From positions 186,001-250,000 of the forward strand of contig JBODTK010000101.1 of assembly GCA_050613775.1 (NCBI GenBank): a stretch of DNA of 64,000 nucleotides, read 5' to 3'. The translations under genes were made by a program, and so were the position numbers. This DNA is from Neocallimastix sp. 'constans' (lineage: Eukaryota). Shown here piece after piece: positions 17,975 to 54,479 of this stretch. The notes under the pieces were generated by a model that was not told the DNA's origin, searched no databases, and was given only the letters and a program-made list of their open reading frames with translations. Position 1 is the first letter of the stretch, and every line of letters begins with the position of its first letter.

Positions 17975-18585
17975 TTCTTAGAATATTATTGACCAGATCT
18001 TTATCTATCATGTCTTCTGCTTCTTTATTATAATTATCTTTTGTTTCTTTTAACATGATATAATAATTAGTATTTATTTTTTATGTCTTCGTAATGGTTT
18101 TCAGTGGTATATATTTTTCTTGAAATAAATATTATTGAGATCCTTAGGCGTGAATCCTTAATAGGTGGTCAATTTTTTTTCGTTCAGTGATTGGTAAATT
18201 TTTTATTATTTATTTGTTTGAATATTGTCATAATTTTATTAGTAATATCAGGTATTTTCCTCTGGCATACTTTCAAGACTTTTAAAGCATTTATCCATTC
18301 TTGGAGGGCTACATCTTCATCTTGTTCAAATAGTACTTTTAAATTTTCCCTTAAATAATGGGTAGAGTTAGTATCTATAATTAACATGTTAGACTTTATC
18401 TTCCATGCTTAAGCATAAATGATATTTCAGTTGTATTTTCTTGGTCAATTATACCATTAATGGATACATTTTAATTAAGGTAATCTTTTAATCCCAAGGT
18501 AGTAAGAACACTAGAGTTCTTACTGCCTTGGGATTATTCTGATTATCTAAGAGCTAGAGTTTTCAACGTTAAGTGGACATCCATT
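17975..18585 (-). mobile_element. Decayed gag-like ORF, probably a Ty1/copia LTR-retrotransposon remnant
   Basis: Minus strand reads PLNVENSSS*IIRI...VLTTLGLKDYL, resembling the copia gag N-terminal L.GxNY..W...L...GL..YL pattern. It continues into helical ORF 18184-18387, with stops and frameshifts. No LTR or PBS identified. Confidence 0.45.
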
Positions 18586-19613
18586 GTTTACAGTTATGTA
18601 TTAAGTGGATTATTCTAAGTTTTTTTACATTTATAATTTTATAATAATTTTATTAAAAATTTATTTAAATATTAGTTAATATAAAATTTTTATTAGAAAT
18701 TTAATTATATTTTAATAATAATTATAATAATAATAATAATAATTGTTAGAACATGTGATATATATATTTAAATATATTAAAATATATTGTAATTAAAATA
18801 ATATACAAATCACAATATAATTAAGTACTAGTAACTATTTATCATAAAATATATTAATAGAGATGACATAATTATAAATCTTGATTTGTAACAAATAGAG
18901 TCTCATTTGACTCTTAAAAAGATTCTTAGTAAAAGGATTGCTTTCCGGACACAATATTATGCCAAAGAAAAGTAAATTGGAATTTTACATTTTGATAAAA
19001 GTTGATTCATTATGTCTATTTATAGAGAATTATTAAAACAGAATATTTAAAATGATCAAATTGCATAATTGAAGAATCACGTAAAATAAAAAATACTTGA
19101 TAGTAGATAATTGTCTTAAGTAAAATAAAGCTTCAAAAATATAAAAATATTAATTTAATAGAAAAAAAAAAACACACTTAAGCATATATAAGAACTAATT
19201 TTATATCTTCGTACGATAACAATTACAATGATAACGGAAACGACAACGACAACGACGATGACAACGGCAACAATAACAAAATAACAATAATAACAACAAA
19301 ATAATAATATATATTTGAAAAAAAATATATATATATATATAAAATTTATATCTTTTCTGTAATATTTTTTAGTAATTTAAATTTTTTGATTATTTTATTT
19401 TGAATAATATCAATATTTTATGTATGAAAAAATTTTTTTTATTTATATTTCATTTATTATACAGTTTTAGAAAATGTTATTCATATTTATTAAAATTATA
19501 TATTTATATATTTTAAATCTAATAATTTATTTAATTATTTAATTATTTATTATGTACATAAATTTTTATTATTATTTCATTATCAATTATCTTTGTATTT
19601 ATAAATTAAAATA

Positions 19614-19644
19614 TTATGGGGTCAAAAATAGTATCAGAGATTCC

Positions 19645-19707
<63 letters not shown>

Positions 19708-20559
19708 ATAAATATTATTTCAAATAAAAAATATTAAATATTAAATAAGTTCATTTAATTACTATTTTATTATTATTAATAATATTATTAATATTACAAA
19801 TAAACTTACATGACCCTATTGTACTGGATGAGGAAGATTTTACATTTACATTAACATGACTACAAAGTACGGTTAAAGAATTAATAATAAAATTTAATGT
19901 TTTATCAAATTCTTCATTAATTAATTGATATTGATGCAAAAGTCTTATCTTATTTGTTTCTTCCATCGATTTACGATTATAAAAGAGTTTAACTCGTTTT
20001 TGATATTCATAAATATCTTCATTTTCACGTCTTTCATTGAATTTCTCTTCTTCAGCTAGTTCACTTACTTCTTTCATATGAAATAATTTTTTATTATTAA
20101 GAGTAATTTCCGTAAAAATTAAACACATATTCAACACATCTTTAATATTTTTTTGTATAATCTATTGTTTTATATATTAAAAATTAAACACATATTCAAT
20201 ACATCTTTAATATTTTTTTGTATAATTTATTATATTATATATAAGATTTTTTTTTTCTTTTTTTTTTTTTTTAAAATTTGTTATTTTTTAAAGTTCTCTA
20301 ACTATAAATATTTTTATCTATGAATAATTAACTTACAGTTAAACTTAGTAAACAGTGTTCCCAAATTTTCTTTACAAATTTAGAATGTTCATTTTTTATT
20401 TTATCAAAATTTTTATAATGAATTAGTTCTTCTTGGAATTGTTTTATTTCATTATTTAAAACCTTTGTTATTATAATAATTATTAATAATATTATAATTA
20501 TACATATAAAAGTTAATTTTTTAGTGCTTATTAAATATATACATTAATCAGTATTATTT

Positions 20560-20603
<44 letters not shown>

Positions 20604-23600
20604 TACCATATAAAATATATAATTTCGTAAGCCATTTACAAAATGAAGGAGCTTCATTCGAAGTCCAATTTTATATCTTAATAAATTAGAAGTATTTGAA
20701 TTGTCTGGAAGTACTGCTGGCTTATAATTCTTTTGCCGAATCCAATCATTCATTGTTAAGGCATGAGAAGCCATTTGAATTGATAAAAGATATGAAAATA
20801 TATCATTATATTTTGTTAAAGAGGCTCCTGTTAGAATATTATTGAGAGGCCATGGTAACTATTATTATTTTTATAAATTGTAATATATATATATATTATT
20901 TATATAATATATTTTAATAAAGTATTATTAAATTATATATATATATATATATATGTGTTTATATAATATTTATCAGTAATTTTAAATTTACATTAAATTC
21001 TAGTTTAATATCTGGGAAAAGATGACTTGAAACTTTTTCAGCTGGTATATAAAGAAATATATTTTTTATAAAATAATTTTTTAATTTATCATCTATTGAA
21101 AGTCCTTCTAAACATTCAATAAAAACTGAAAAAAGTTCATTGGATCTTCGCCATACTAAATCATTTTTATTTATCTATTTATTATCATTAATACATATAT
21201 ATTAATTTAATCGTTAATATAAAGTATAACATTTTTAAAAAAAAAAAAAAGAAAAAAATTTAAAGCAAGCAAGCAAACAAACAAAAAAACAAAAAAATAC
21301 ATATTTATTAATAAATTTAATTAAAATATGTAAACTAACTTTAATAAATAATATTTCAATAAATCTATTCCAAAAATCACCATTCTGAAGAAAATATAAA
21401 TTTTGTAAAATATTTATATGTTGGAAGAGGTTTTCGTGTTTTTGAAGGAGATTTACTAAAAGCTCAGAGTAATAACGGAAAGGAGGTACAATAGTTTTAT
21501 TAAATGCTTGATTTATAACGTTATCCATGGGTATCCAAGAAAAAGTGGTATCGGTATATTTATGTGATATATCTTTATATGTATTGAAATATATCAGGAA
21601 TTGAAATAAATATTAATATTTTTTGAATGTTATTATAAATTATATATATATATATATATATTTATTAAAGTTATTATGAATTAAAATATACTTGAAATAA
21701 TATCATTAATTCTGGTATCTTCTTTGGATTTTGATACATTATTTATAATTTCTGATTTTCTTGGAAGATACAAATTAATAATATCAGGATAAATTAACTT
21801 TAATTCTTTGATATCATTGGAATAGTTTTCGTCATTATATAGTTCCATATCTTGAATTATGGATTGACAATCAGAAGATAATTTTTCTTTACTATTATCA
21901 TCTAAAGTTAAATTCATATTGGCATTAGTATTTCTGTTTATAATATCTAGTATATCTTCAGATATTCCATCTACACTATGACTGGAAGAAATTACAATAT
22001 TTGTATTCATTTCTAAGTTAGTGCTATCTTCTTCCATTTTTTGATTATTATGTTCATTTTTTTCATCATTATCATTAAGATTTTTTAATCCTTCATTTTC
22101 AAAGTTTACATTTCTGGTTTGATCAATCATACTGTTGTGAATTTCATTTTTTTGTTGGAATAAGTTATCTTGATTTAGATCGGTTGTATTCACTTGATTT
22201 TCAATTATATTTAAAAAATTAATTCTCCATTGTTCAAATAGTGAAGGAAAATCTTTTAAAAAAAAGGATTTATCTTGAATATCCTTTTGTTATTTGTATT
22301 AACATTTAATTAATTAATTATTTTATTGTATATTTATTTAAATGTAGTTTTTTTTTTTTTTATATATATATATATATATATTTACCTTTTTGAGACCTAA
22401 TTCTTTTATTAAATTAAAACTTTTACCAGCTTCTAAAATTCTTTGTACATAATCCTTTAAAAATGAAGGATAAATTTTGGTATCATTAAATTCTTTTAAA
22501 TTATAATGTAGTTCCCAATAATCAATTGAATTGACATCACAATCAATATCTGGACTCCTATTTTAATTTTAAACATTTTATGAAATAAAAATTTAAATTA
22601 AAACCATTTCTATATTTTATATATTTTTATAATTGATCAATTTTTAATATATCTATTTACTCATAAATAAAGAATTCATCCATAGGATCATTAATAATTC
22701 CTTCAAATATCCAAGATTCTATAAAAGATATATATGGTTCAAGTGTATTTTTAAATATATTCATATAAACATTGAATAATAATTCATTTCTTATAATAAA
22801 ATATGATTTCATTTTCTCATATGTAATATATTATTTGAACATTAAATTATTAAAAGAATTAAAGATGATGATTATATTTTTAATATATATAAATATAAAT
22901 ATTTAAATTTTTTTTTTTTTTTTTTACAAAATTTATATGTTCAAAGGATATAGATTTATTAATAATAAACAAGATTGAATTGTATTATTATATCTCATTT
23001 CTAACAATAACAACGACAATAAAAAAAAGGAACAAAAAAATATAAAAACATATATATATATAATTAATAAAGATAATTTAAAAGATTAATAATCAATTAA
23101 AATTGCTTAATTGTGTGCTATAATGATATATTTTTTTGTATATTAATATATCAATTAATATAACAATTTTAACTACCTTCTATAGATAAAACGCTATTTA
23201 AAAATATATGTAATTCCGATAGAACACTAAGTATTAAGGATAAGTCATTTTTTAAAGATAATATTGTTGTGGTATTTTTTGAAGTTAAAACTGATTTAAT
23301 ATAATTATATATTAAATTAAATTAATTAATTATTTGATTATAATTTATTTTTTATTATTACTATCTCTTAAAATCATATTTATTGACTTACTATTTTCTT
23401 TCAAATAATTATTTTGAAATTTTTTTTCAATAGTCGCAATTTTTTTGTCTAAATAATTTAAAATCTCTGCTATTGAATAAGCAAAAGCCTGCATTGTTTT
23501 CGAAACATTTTGATTCGGGTCTAACATACTTGAAAAACAAATAATACATAATGCTTAATATATATTCTATTATAAAATTAAATTTTATCAAAATTTACTT

Positions 23601-25000
23601 TATAAATACTTAATATTGTCTAATCTAAATAGTATTATTTGATTATATATACTTACTTTGAAACAAATAATCGTAAGTCCTTTATTTTAGATCCTTTATC
23701 AGTAAAATACTCAACAAGTTGATTAATACAACTTGAAGTCAAATGTTTTAGTGATAAGTTTTGATTAACCTTTTTTTAAAATATTATATATATATATTAA
23801 TATATATATTAATAAACAATTCTATATTTAATAAATCATTTTTTTTATTTTTTAAAAAAAAAAACTTACTTTAATACTATTATGCTTGTCATATTTGAAA
23901 AAGGCTGTATCGAATCCTAATAACATAAATAATATTTCTCGTACGATGTCCACTTCATTAACGTAGTTAGTCTTTAATAATAAATCAGGTATTATTTTAC
24001 TATTTTCCTTTATTCCTTGAATGATTCCCATATCTTTTAATTTTTATAATTATAAATATTTGAAATTTGAAATATATTATTATTATTGTTATTAATATTA
24101 TTGTTATTGCTTTTATTTACGAGTATATCTCATTCAAAATCATTTATTATACTTAAAGTACTTTAAATTTAATTTATTGATACCTAATGTATAAGGATTT
24201 GAAATGTCAAAATTTACATTTACTATAATATAATAAAAAATAATATTGTTATTAATTACAAAATTTTAACAAAATATAATTATATTAAAATTAACTTTTA
24301 TATTTAGCATTAAGTTCTTAATATTTACTTTTTTGTACTTTTAAATTATTTACATAATTCCAATATTGACTTTCTCCGAAATTTTTTAAATTTTTTGATG
24401 TTATATTCTGTTTTTTTATTAATATTAATATAATATCATAGAAAATATAAAGACATTAATATATATTATCATATTATAATATATATGGCCTATTTTTACA
24501 TTAATTATTGTGAATTTATGAAAGATGAAAGTGGAATACTTTACAGATTTCGAGCTATTCATACTCATATCATTAAATTGTATTGTTTCGCTGGTATCAT
24601 CAAAGTCACTATTACTATCACTGGTTTTTATAGTACTAATTGAATCTATTTTTTTATTGAGAAATTCTTTTTCTTGAAATGAAATTTCATTTTTACTATT
24701 TTTATTAATATTCGTATTATTATCATCAGATTCTATATCAGAAATTTGGTTATCAGACGATGAATCACTAGAATAACAAGGTATTTTCCAATATTCTCCT
24801 GTTAAAGGATCGTCTTTCAATATATCATCCCATGTCAATTCTTTTTCTTCTTTTTTTTCTTGCGCATCAAAATAGCGTGAATTGTAAAAATGGTGAGTTG
24901 GAGATTTCGACAAACTTAAAAAGAGGGTTAAAATTTCTGGAATTTTTGAATTTTTCTATATGAAATGATTTTTAATATATAAATATATATCATTTTTACG

Positions 25001-25034
<34 letters not shown>

Positions 25035-25420
25035 TATTATTAACATTGTTAATACCTTTTGTTCTGTCTCCTTTTCTAGAATATTAAGAAATTTTATTAA
25101 ATCTTCAGCATTTTTTTCTTGTGCTGAAATCTTAAATTTTTCAATAATACTGTAAAAATTTATATTATTATTATTATTATTATTATTACTATTATTATGA
25201 CTATTATTATGTATTTGCTATTTTATTTATTTCATTTTATTATATCATTGAAAATAAATAAATTTTCTATAAAAAGTTATTTACCCTTCAAATGAATTTT
25301 TTATATGCTTTGGACTTACAATTGTATATGTATTAAATCTTATTTTATTAACTAATTTTTTTGTAATATCTTTAAATTCTTTTGAATCTTCCTATTATTT
25401 ATTTTGATTTTGAAGAAAAA

Positions 25421-25463
<43 letters not shown>

Positions 25464-25616
25464 ATTATTATTTTTTATTTTTTATTTTTTTATTTTTTAT
25501 TTTTTATTTTTTTATATAATCTTAAATTTATTGAATAAAAATATTACTTCAATTCCAGTAATTGTATAAACTAATGGTTTTAAAAGTTCATAATAATCCC
25601 TTTTTATTGTTGACAT
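19614..25616 (-). CDS. TUBGCP5: Gamma-tubulin complex component 5 (Spc97/Spc98 family), ~20 exons, one U12 AT-AC intron
   Basis: ATG at 25616 (MSTIKRDYYELLKPLV). Motifs LFLSLSKSPT, TWDDILKDDPLTGEYW, EVDIVREILFMLLG, SKTMQAFAYSI, LEPYISFIESWIFEGIINDPMDEFFI, YFLQNGDFW and LPWPLNNIL. The C-terminus GSLESLILFLTP* resembles the LESLALSL end of GCP5. Confidence 0.85.
20113..20231. repeat. 54-bp near-tandem duplication spanning a GCP5 acceptor and exon start
   Basis: 20113-20166 and 20178-20231 match at 52 of 54 positions. Confidence 0.95.
22823..22951 (-). other. U12-type AT-AC intron in GCP5 (129 nt)
   Basis: Minus-strand donor ATATCCTTTG at 22951, branch-like TCTTTAAT, acceptor ...ATATTAC at 22823. 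Removal joins CLLLIN-L-YEKMK in frame. Confidence 0.88.
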
Positions 25617-26181
25617 TGCTTCAAATATTATTAAATAATTTGCAATAGAAAAAAAATATAAACTTTTATTATTTATAATTAATAAATTATGAATTCATTT
25701 ACATATACTATAATGTTAAAAAAAGGATTATTTTTGTAATTTTATTTTTCTTTTGTAATTGGGATATATAATTTTTTACTGTTATAAAAAATATTAATTT
25801 TAATTAATGAATTAAAATAAATTAAATATCATATATTTAAGAAATAAATTTTAAAAATTTTATATATATTTTTTAAATAAAATATGTATATATTAATATT
25901 AAATTTAATTAAATAAATTAAAATTTAAATATATATTTATATATATATAAATAAAAAATAAATCTTTTTTTTTATTAAAAATAATGAAAATAAATAATTC
26001 TCAAAAAAGTAATTTTTTTAACTAAAGAAATTTCAAATTTAGAAATAAAATTGATATCGTTATAGTATCTTTTATTTTTTTTTCCTTTTATTTTTTTTTT
26101 TTAATTTATTCGAATATTTTTATTTTAATTAAACTATATGAATGTTAAAATAAAGTTTAATAAGTTACAAATAATTACATT
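25617..26181. promoter_or_regulatory. Putative bidirectional promoter between divergent GCP5 and DNA-PKcs
   Basis: Only 565 bp separates the two divergent start codons (25616 on - and 26182 on +). No specific element recognised. Confidence 0.55.
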
Positions 26182-48565
<22,384 letters not shown>

Positions 48566-48689
48566 AATAATTAATTTATATTTAATATTTTATAAAATTT
48601 ATAATTCAACAAAATTCTATTAAAAAATAATAATAAATAAATAAATAAATAAATTATATTTAATAAATAATATTCAAACTTTTTTATTT

Positions 48690-48720
<31 letters not shown>

Positions 48721-49554
48721 CTTTTAATATTTTTACTCATTCATATATTCATTCATTTATTTGTGTATTAAATCATTTTATTTTACTTATTCTTTAAGCC
48801 TCTTTTGTGATTTCCATTGTTATATATACAATAATATTCAATATATTTTTTTTTTCTATTTTAAATCTTCATTATTATATGTTTATTTTAATCAAAGTTG
48901 TCCTTTAATTTAAATATATTAATTAAATATGCACATTTTATAAAAATAATAATTTTAAAGCATTATACTAAATAATAACTATTAATTATAATTTTAACCA
49001 TGAATATTTAATAAGTTATTATTAATATTTAAATTGTAATTCATTTAATATTATATCAATAATTTAAAAAACTATTTTAATTTTTTTTTTTTTTTTTATC
49101 TAATTATTTAAAAAAATATACATATATATTTATTTTAAACTCACTAAAATATATCAATACAATTTTAATTCTATTAATATTTATAAAATTTTATTTATAT
49201 ATTTTTATATATATAAATTTTATTTGATACATTGTTCATATTCAATATTCATAGATTTGTCTATCAAAAAAAAAAAAAAAAAAAAAAAATAACTTTTTTT
49301 TTCTAATTATATTTATATAAAATAAAATATTTAAATATTTATAATAATTTATTAAAACAAGTTATATATATATATATATATATATAAACCTTCATTTATT
49401 ATATTAAATCTAATTGTTCTCTATTCATAAATAATTATTAACATTAAAAAAAAGTATTACTTTATAAAAAGTTTAAAACAATATATAACAAAACTTTTTT
49501 TTATTTAAAAGTATATTATGATGGTATACATTTTAATTATTAATTATTAACATG

Positions 49555-49604
<50 letters not shown>

Positions 49605-49739
49605 AATAAATAAATAAATAAATAATTAAGAAATATTTTAATTTAGATATTTTAATATTTTAAAAAATTCGACATTTGAAATAAATTATAAAACAAAAAA
49701 AGGTGCCTGTATGTTTTTATTTTTTTAATTCTTTTGTTC

Positions 49740-51521
<1,782 letters not shown>

Positions 51522-52240
51522 TTTTTAATATTATTATATTTTTTATTTATTTATCTACTGTTAATATATCAAAATGAGATTTTATTTAAAATTTTAATAA
51601 AAGTAATGATGCAAATAAAACTCGTAATTTTTCAAAAAGAAATTTTCAATGATTTAATTTTTAAAATTCATAATATTTTTTATTATTTTATTTTTTTTTA
51701 AAAAATTTTAATAAAAATAATAATAAAAAAAAATTTATCATTGAATTATATCCAATCATTAATATATTTTATTTACTTTGATATTTTTAAATATACTATT
51801 TTCTTTGGAAGAGTAAAGCATATAATTAAAATTATTCCTTTTTTATATAATTTAAAATAATTTAAACTTTTTACAAATTTTTTTTCTGTTTTTTTTTATT
51901 CAAAGTTTAAACTAATAATTAAATTTATAAAAATATATGTATCATTTTATAAATTTACCTTTATACCTGATCTTAAACTATCTTTTTATTAAATTGAATT
52001 AAATAAATATTCAATCCAAATTGATAAAAATCATAATATCATGAGCTCATTTTTATTAAAATAGTATAAAAATATGAAATTAGCAATAAACTAGTACTTA
52101 ATTTATATATTTCATTTGGTTGAACCAATATATTATTGCATTTAATTAGAATAAAAAAAATTTTTTTTTTTCTTTATTTCTTTATGTTTTAAAATAAAAT
52201 TGAGATGATTATTGGAATGTGACGTAGTCACCACCAAACC

Positions 52241-52271
<31 letters not shown>

Positions 52272-52593
52272 AAAATAAATTATAATTCATTCTTAAGTTA
52301 AAAAATTAATTTTTAACTTATAAATTATTTATTTAAAATGATAATAATCCAAAATATTATTATATTGCATTCTATGATATAAGTATTTAGCAAAAAAAAA
52401 TAATAATATTTTAAAAAAAAAGTAAAAAATTATATTTATTATCTGACCAATGTATTATTGCATTTTATTTACAAAAAATTTTTTAAAATGAAAAAAAAAA
52501 AAAAAAAAAAAAAAAGAATTGTAATGATTATAGGAACGTGATCTTGATATAATAAATCTAAAATTAGTATTTGTTTTTATTGATTAAATTAAT

Positions 52594-52625
<32 letters not shown>

Positions 52626-52759
52626 CCTTAAATAAAAAACAAAATAAAAAATTTTATATAATTTAAAAATATATCACTTTTATATAGATAATCTTAAATT
52701 AATTAATCCGATTAATAGAAATAATACAATTTTATTCAATTTTTTTCGAAATATAAATA

Positions 52760-52798
<39 letters not shown>

Positions 52799-53762
52799 AA
52801 AATTTTTCCTAATTGCATCTCAACAGATTACATTTATTTATATATAGATATATATAAACTTTGAACTTTGGTTCTGTGACATTTTCATATTCTGATCAAA
52901 TTATTATTCGTATTTCAATTTTATTTTTAGAAAAAAAACTTTTTCTTAATGAAAAGTATTAAAAAATTGGTCATATTAATGAAATCTAATTATCTTTTTT
53001 TATTAAACATATTAAAGAAAAAATAAATCTTTAATATAATCTGGTAATATATACATATATCATTATTATCTACTTTACTAAAAAAAATAAACCAATTCAG
53101 TAATCATATGATTTATATTAACCAGATTAATTTAGAAGGTTAAGATATATTATATATAATTTGAATTTAATTTTTATATAAAAGTAAATTTTATTATTCT
53201 TTATATATATATATATATATATATATATTTTTTTTATTGTATATTTTATTAATAATAAAAAATTACTTTTATAATGAATTGTAATAAAAAATAGGATCTG
53301 ACTCAATGATATAATTTTCTTTATATATATTACAAATTTCAATATAAATAAATAGATAAAAATAATATAAATAAAATAAATTTCTCCGTATAATAATGCA
53401 TTATTAATTTTGTTTTTATTCTAAAAATAATAATTATATCTTAACATTAATTTTTCGAGTTAGTTAAAATCTAAATATAAAAAATAATCTAATAAAAAAA
53501 AAATAATTATAATAATAATATATATATAAATTAATATAGTTAAGTTACCTCGATGAACTAATGATATTAACCAACTCAGTCTTAATTAATTTTATATAAA
53601 AATTAAATTATTACTTTCTATTAATGAGGAGCAATAAAATATTGATTTGCAAAAATATTATTAATTTTTATAATTAATACTTAAATGATAACTTAAAATA
53701 GATTATTGTTAAAATGAACCCTTTAAAATTAAAATTTTTAAAATTTATACTTTTATATATAT

Positions 53763-53834
53763 ATATGAAATGTACTTAGAGCAATAAATATAATTTATAT
53801 ATATTATATTTGTTGCTCTAAGTACATTTCATAT
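53763..53834. repeat. 32-bp inverted repeat (hairpin, 8-nt loop)
   Basis: Arms 53763-53794 and 53803-53834 are complementary at 31/32 positions; the exception is a T-G pair on the + strand. Confidence 0.95.
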
Positions 53835-54439
53835 TGTAATTTTGAATTTAAATATATATATATATAATGTAATATAATATAATATAAAAATATAATATAA
53901 AATTGCTATGACTAATTTTAATTCTCTTTTTTTTTTTTTTTTTTTCTATTATTAAATTTTCAATCGATAAATTTTAAATATTATTTATTAATGTTATTTA
54001 TTAATCTCAATAACCACATTATTATTAGCAATCATATTAATTAGCTAGTTTTATCAGTAATGAATAAATTTTGTTTTAATTAATTTTAATAAATTATAAT
54101 AAATATATTTTTTAAATCTTTAGGCAAAAAAAAAAAAAGGAAAAATTCACTAATCTTTTAATTCATATAAGTTGGTTTAAATTTTTATTACATGTGTATT
54201 ATATAATACTTATTTAATATTAATTGAATTTCAATAATAAATAATATTTTCACATTTGGAAAAAAAATAAAAATAGATTTTATATAAAAATATTGAACAA
54301 TTTAGGACAATATTAAATTTGAAAAATATGAACAATTGTTAACTTCAAATTGAATTTATACAAATTTAGAAATAACAAATCTTATTTTGATATAACTAAG
54401 ATCACATTAGTATAATAAAATTATCTTTTTTTTTTTTAT

Positions 54440-54479
<40 letters not shown>

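Noticed and set aside
22279..22288. ATATCCTTTT on the + strand (U12 donor word)
   Set aside because: It is on the wrong strand for GCP5; it is the reverse complement of the canonical acceptor AAAAG|GAT ATT.
24175..24183. GCP5 donor GTATCAATA with +5 C, partly U12-like
   Set aside because: It lacks the CCTT core and a U12 branch motif; treated as U2-type.
52294..52320. Short AT-rich palindromes (also ~59457-59487 and ~61287-61310)
   Set aside because: Arms of 9-11 mostly A/T bases are expected by chance at this composition.
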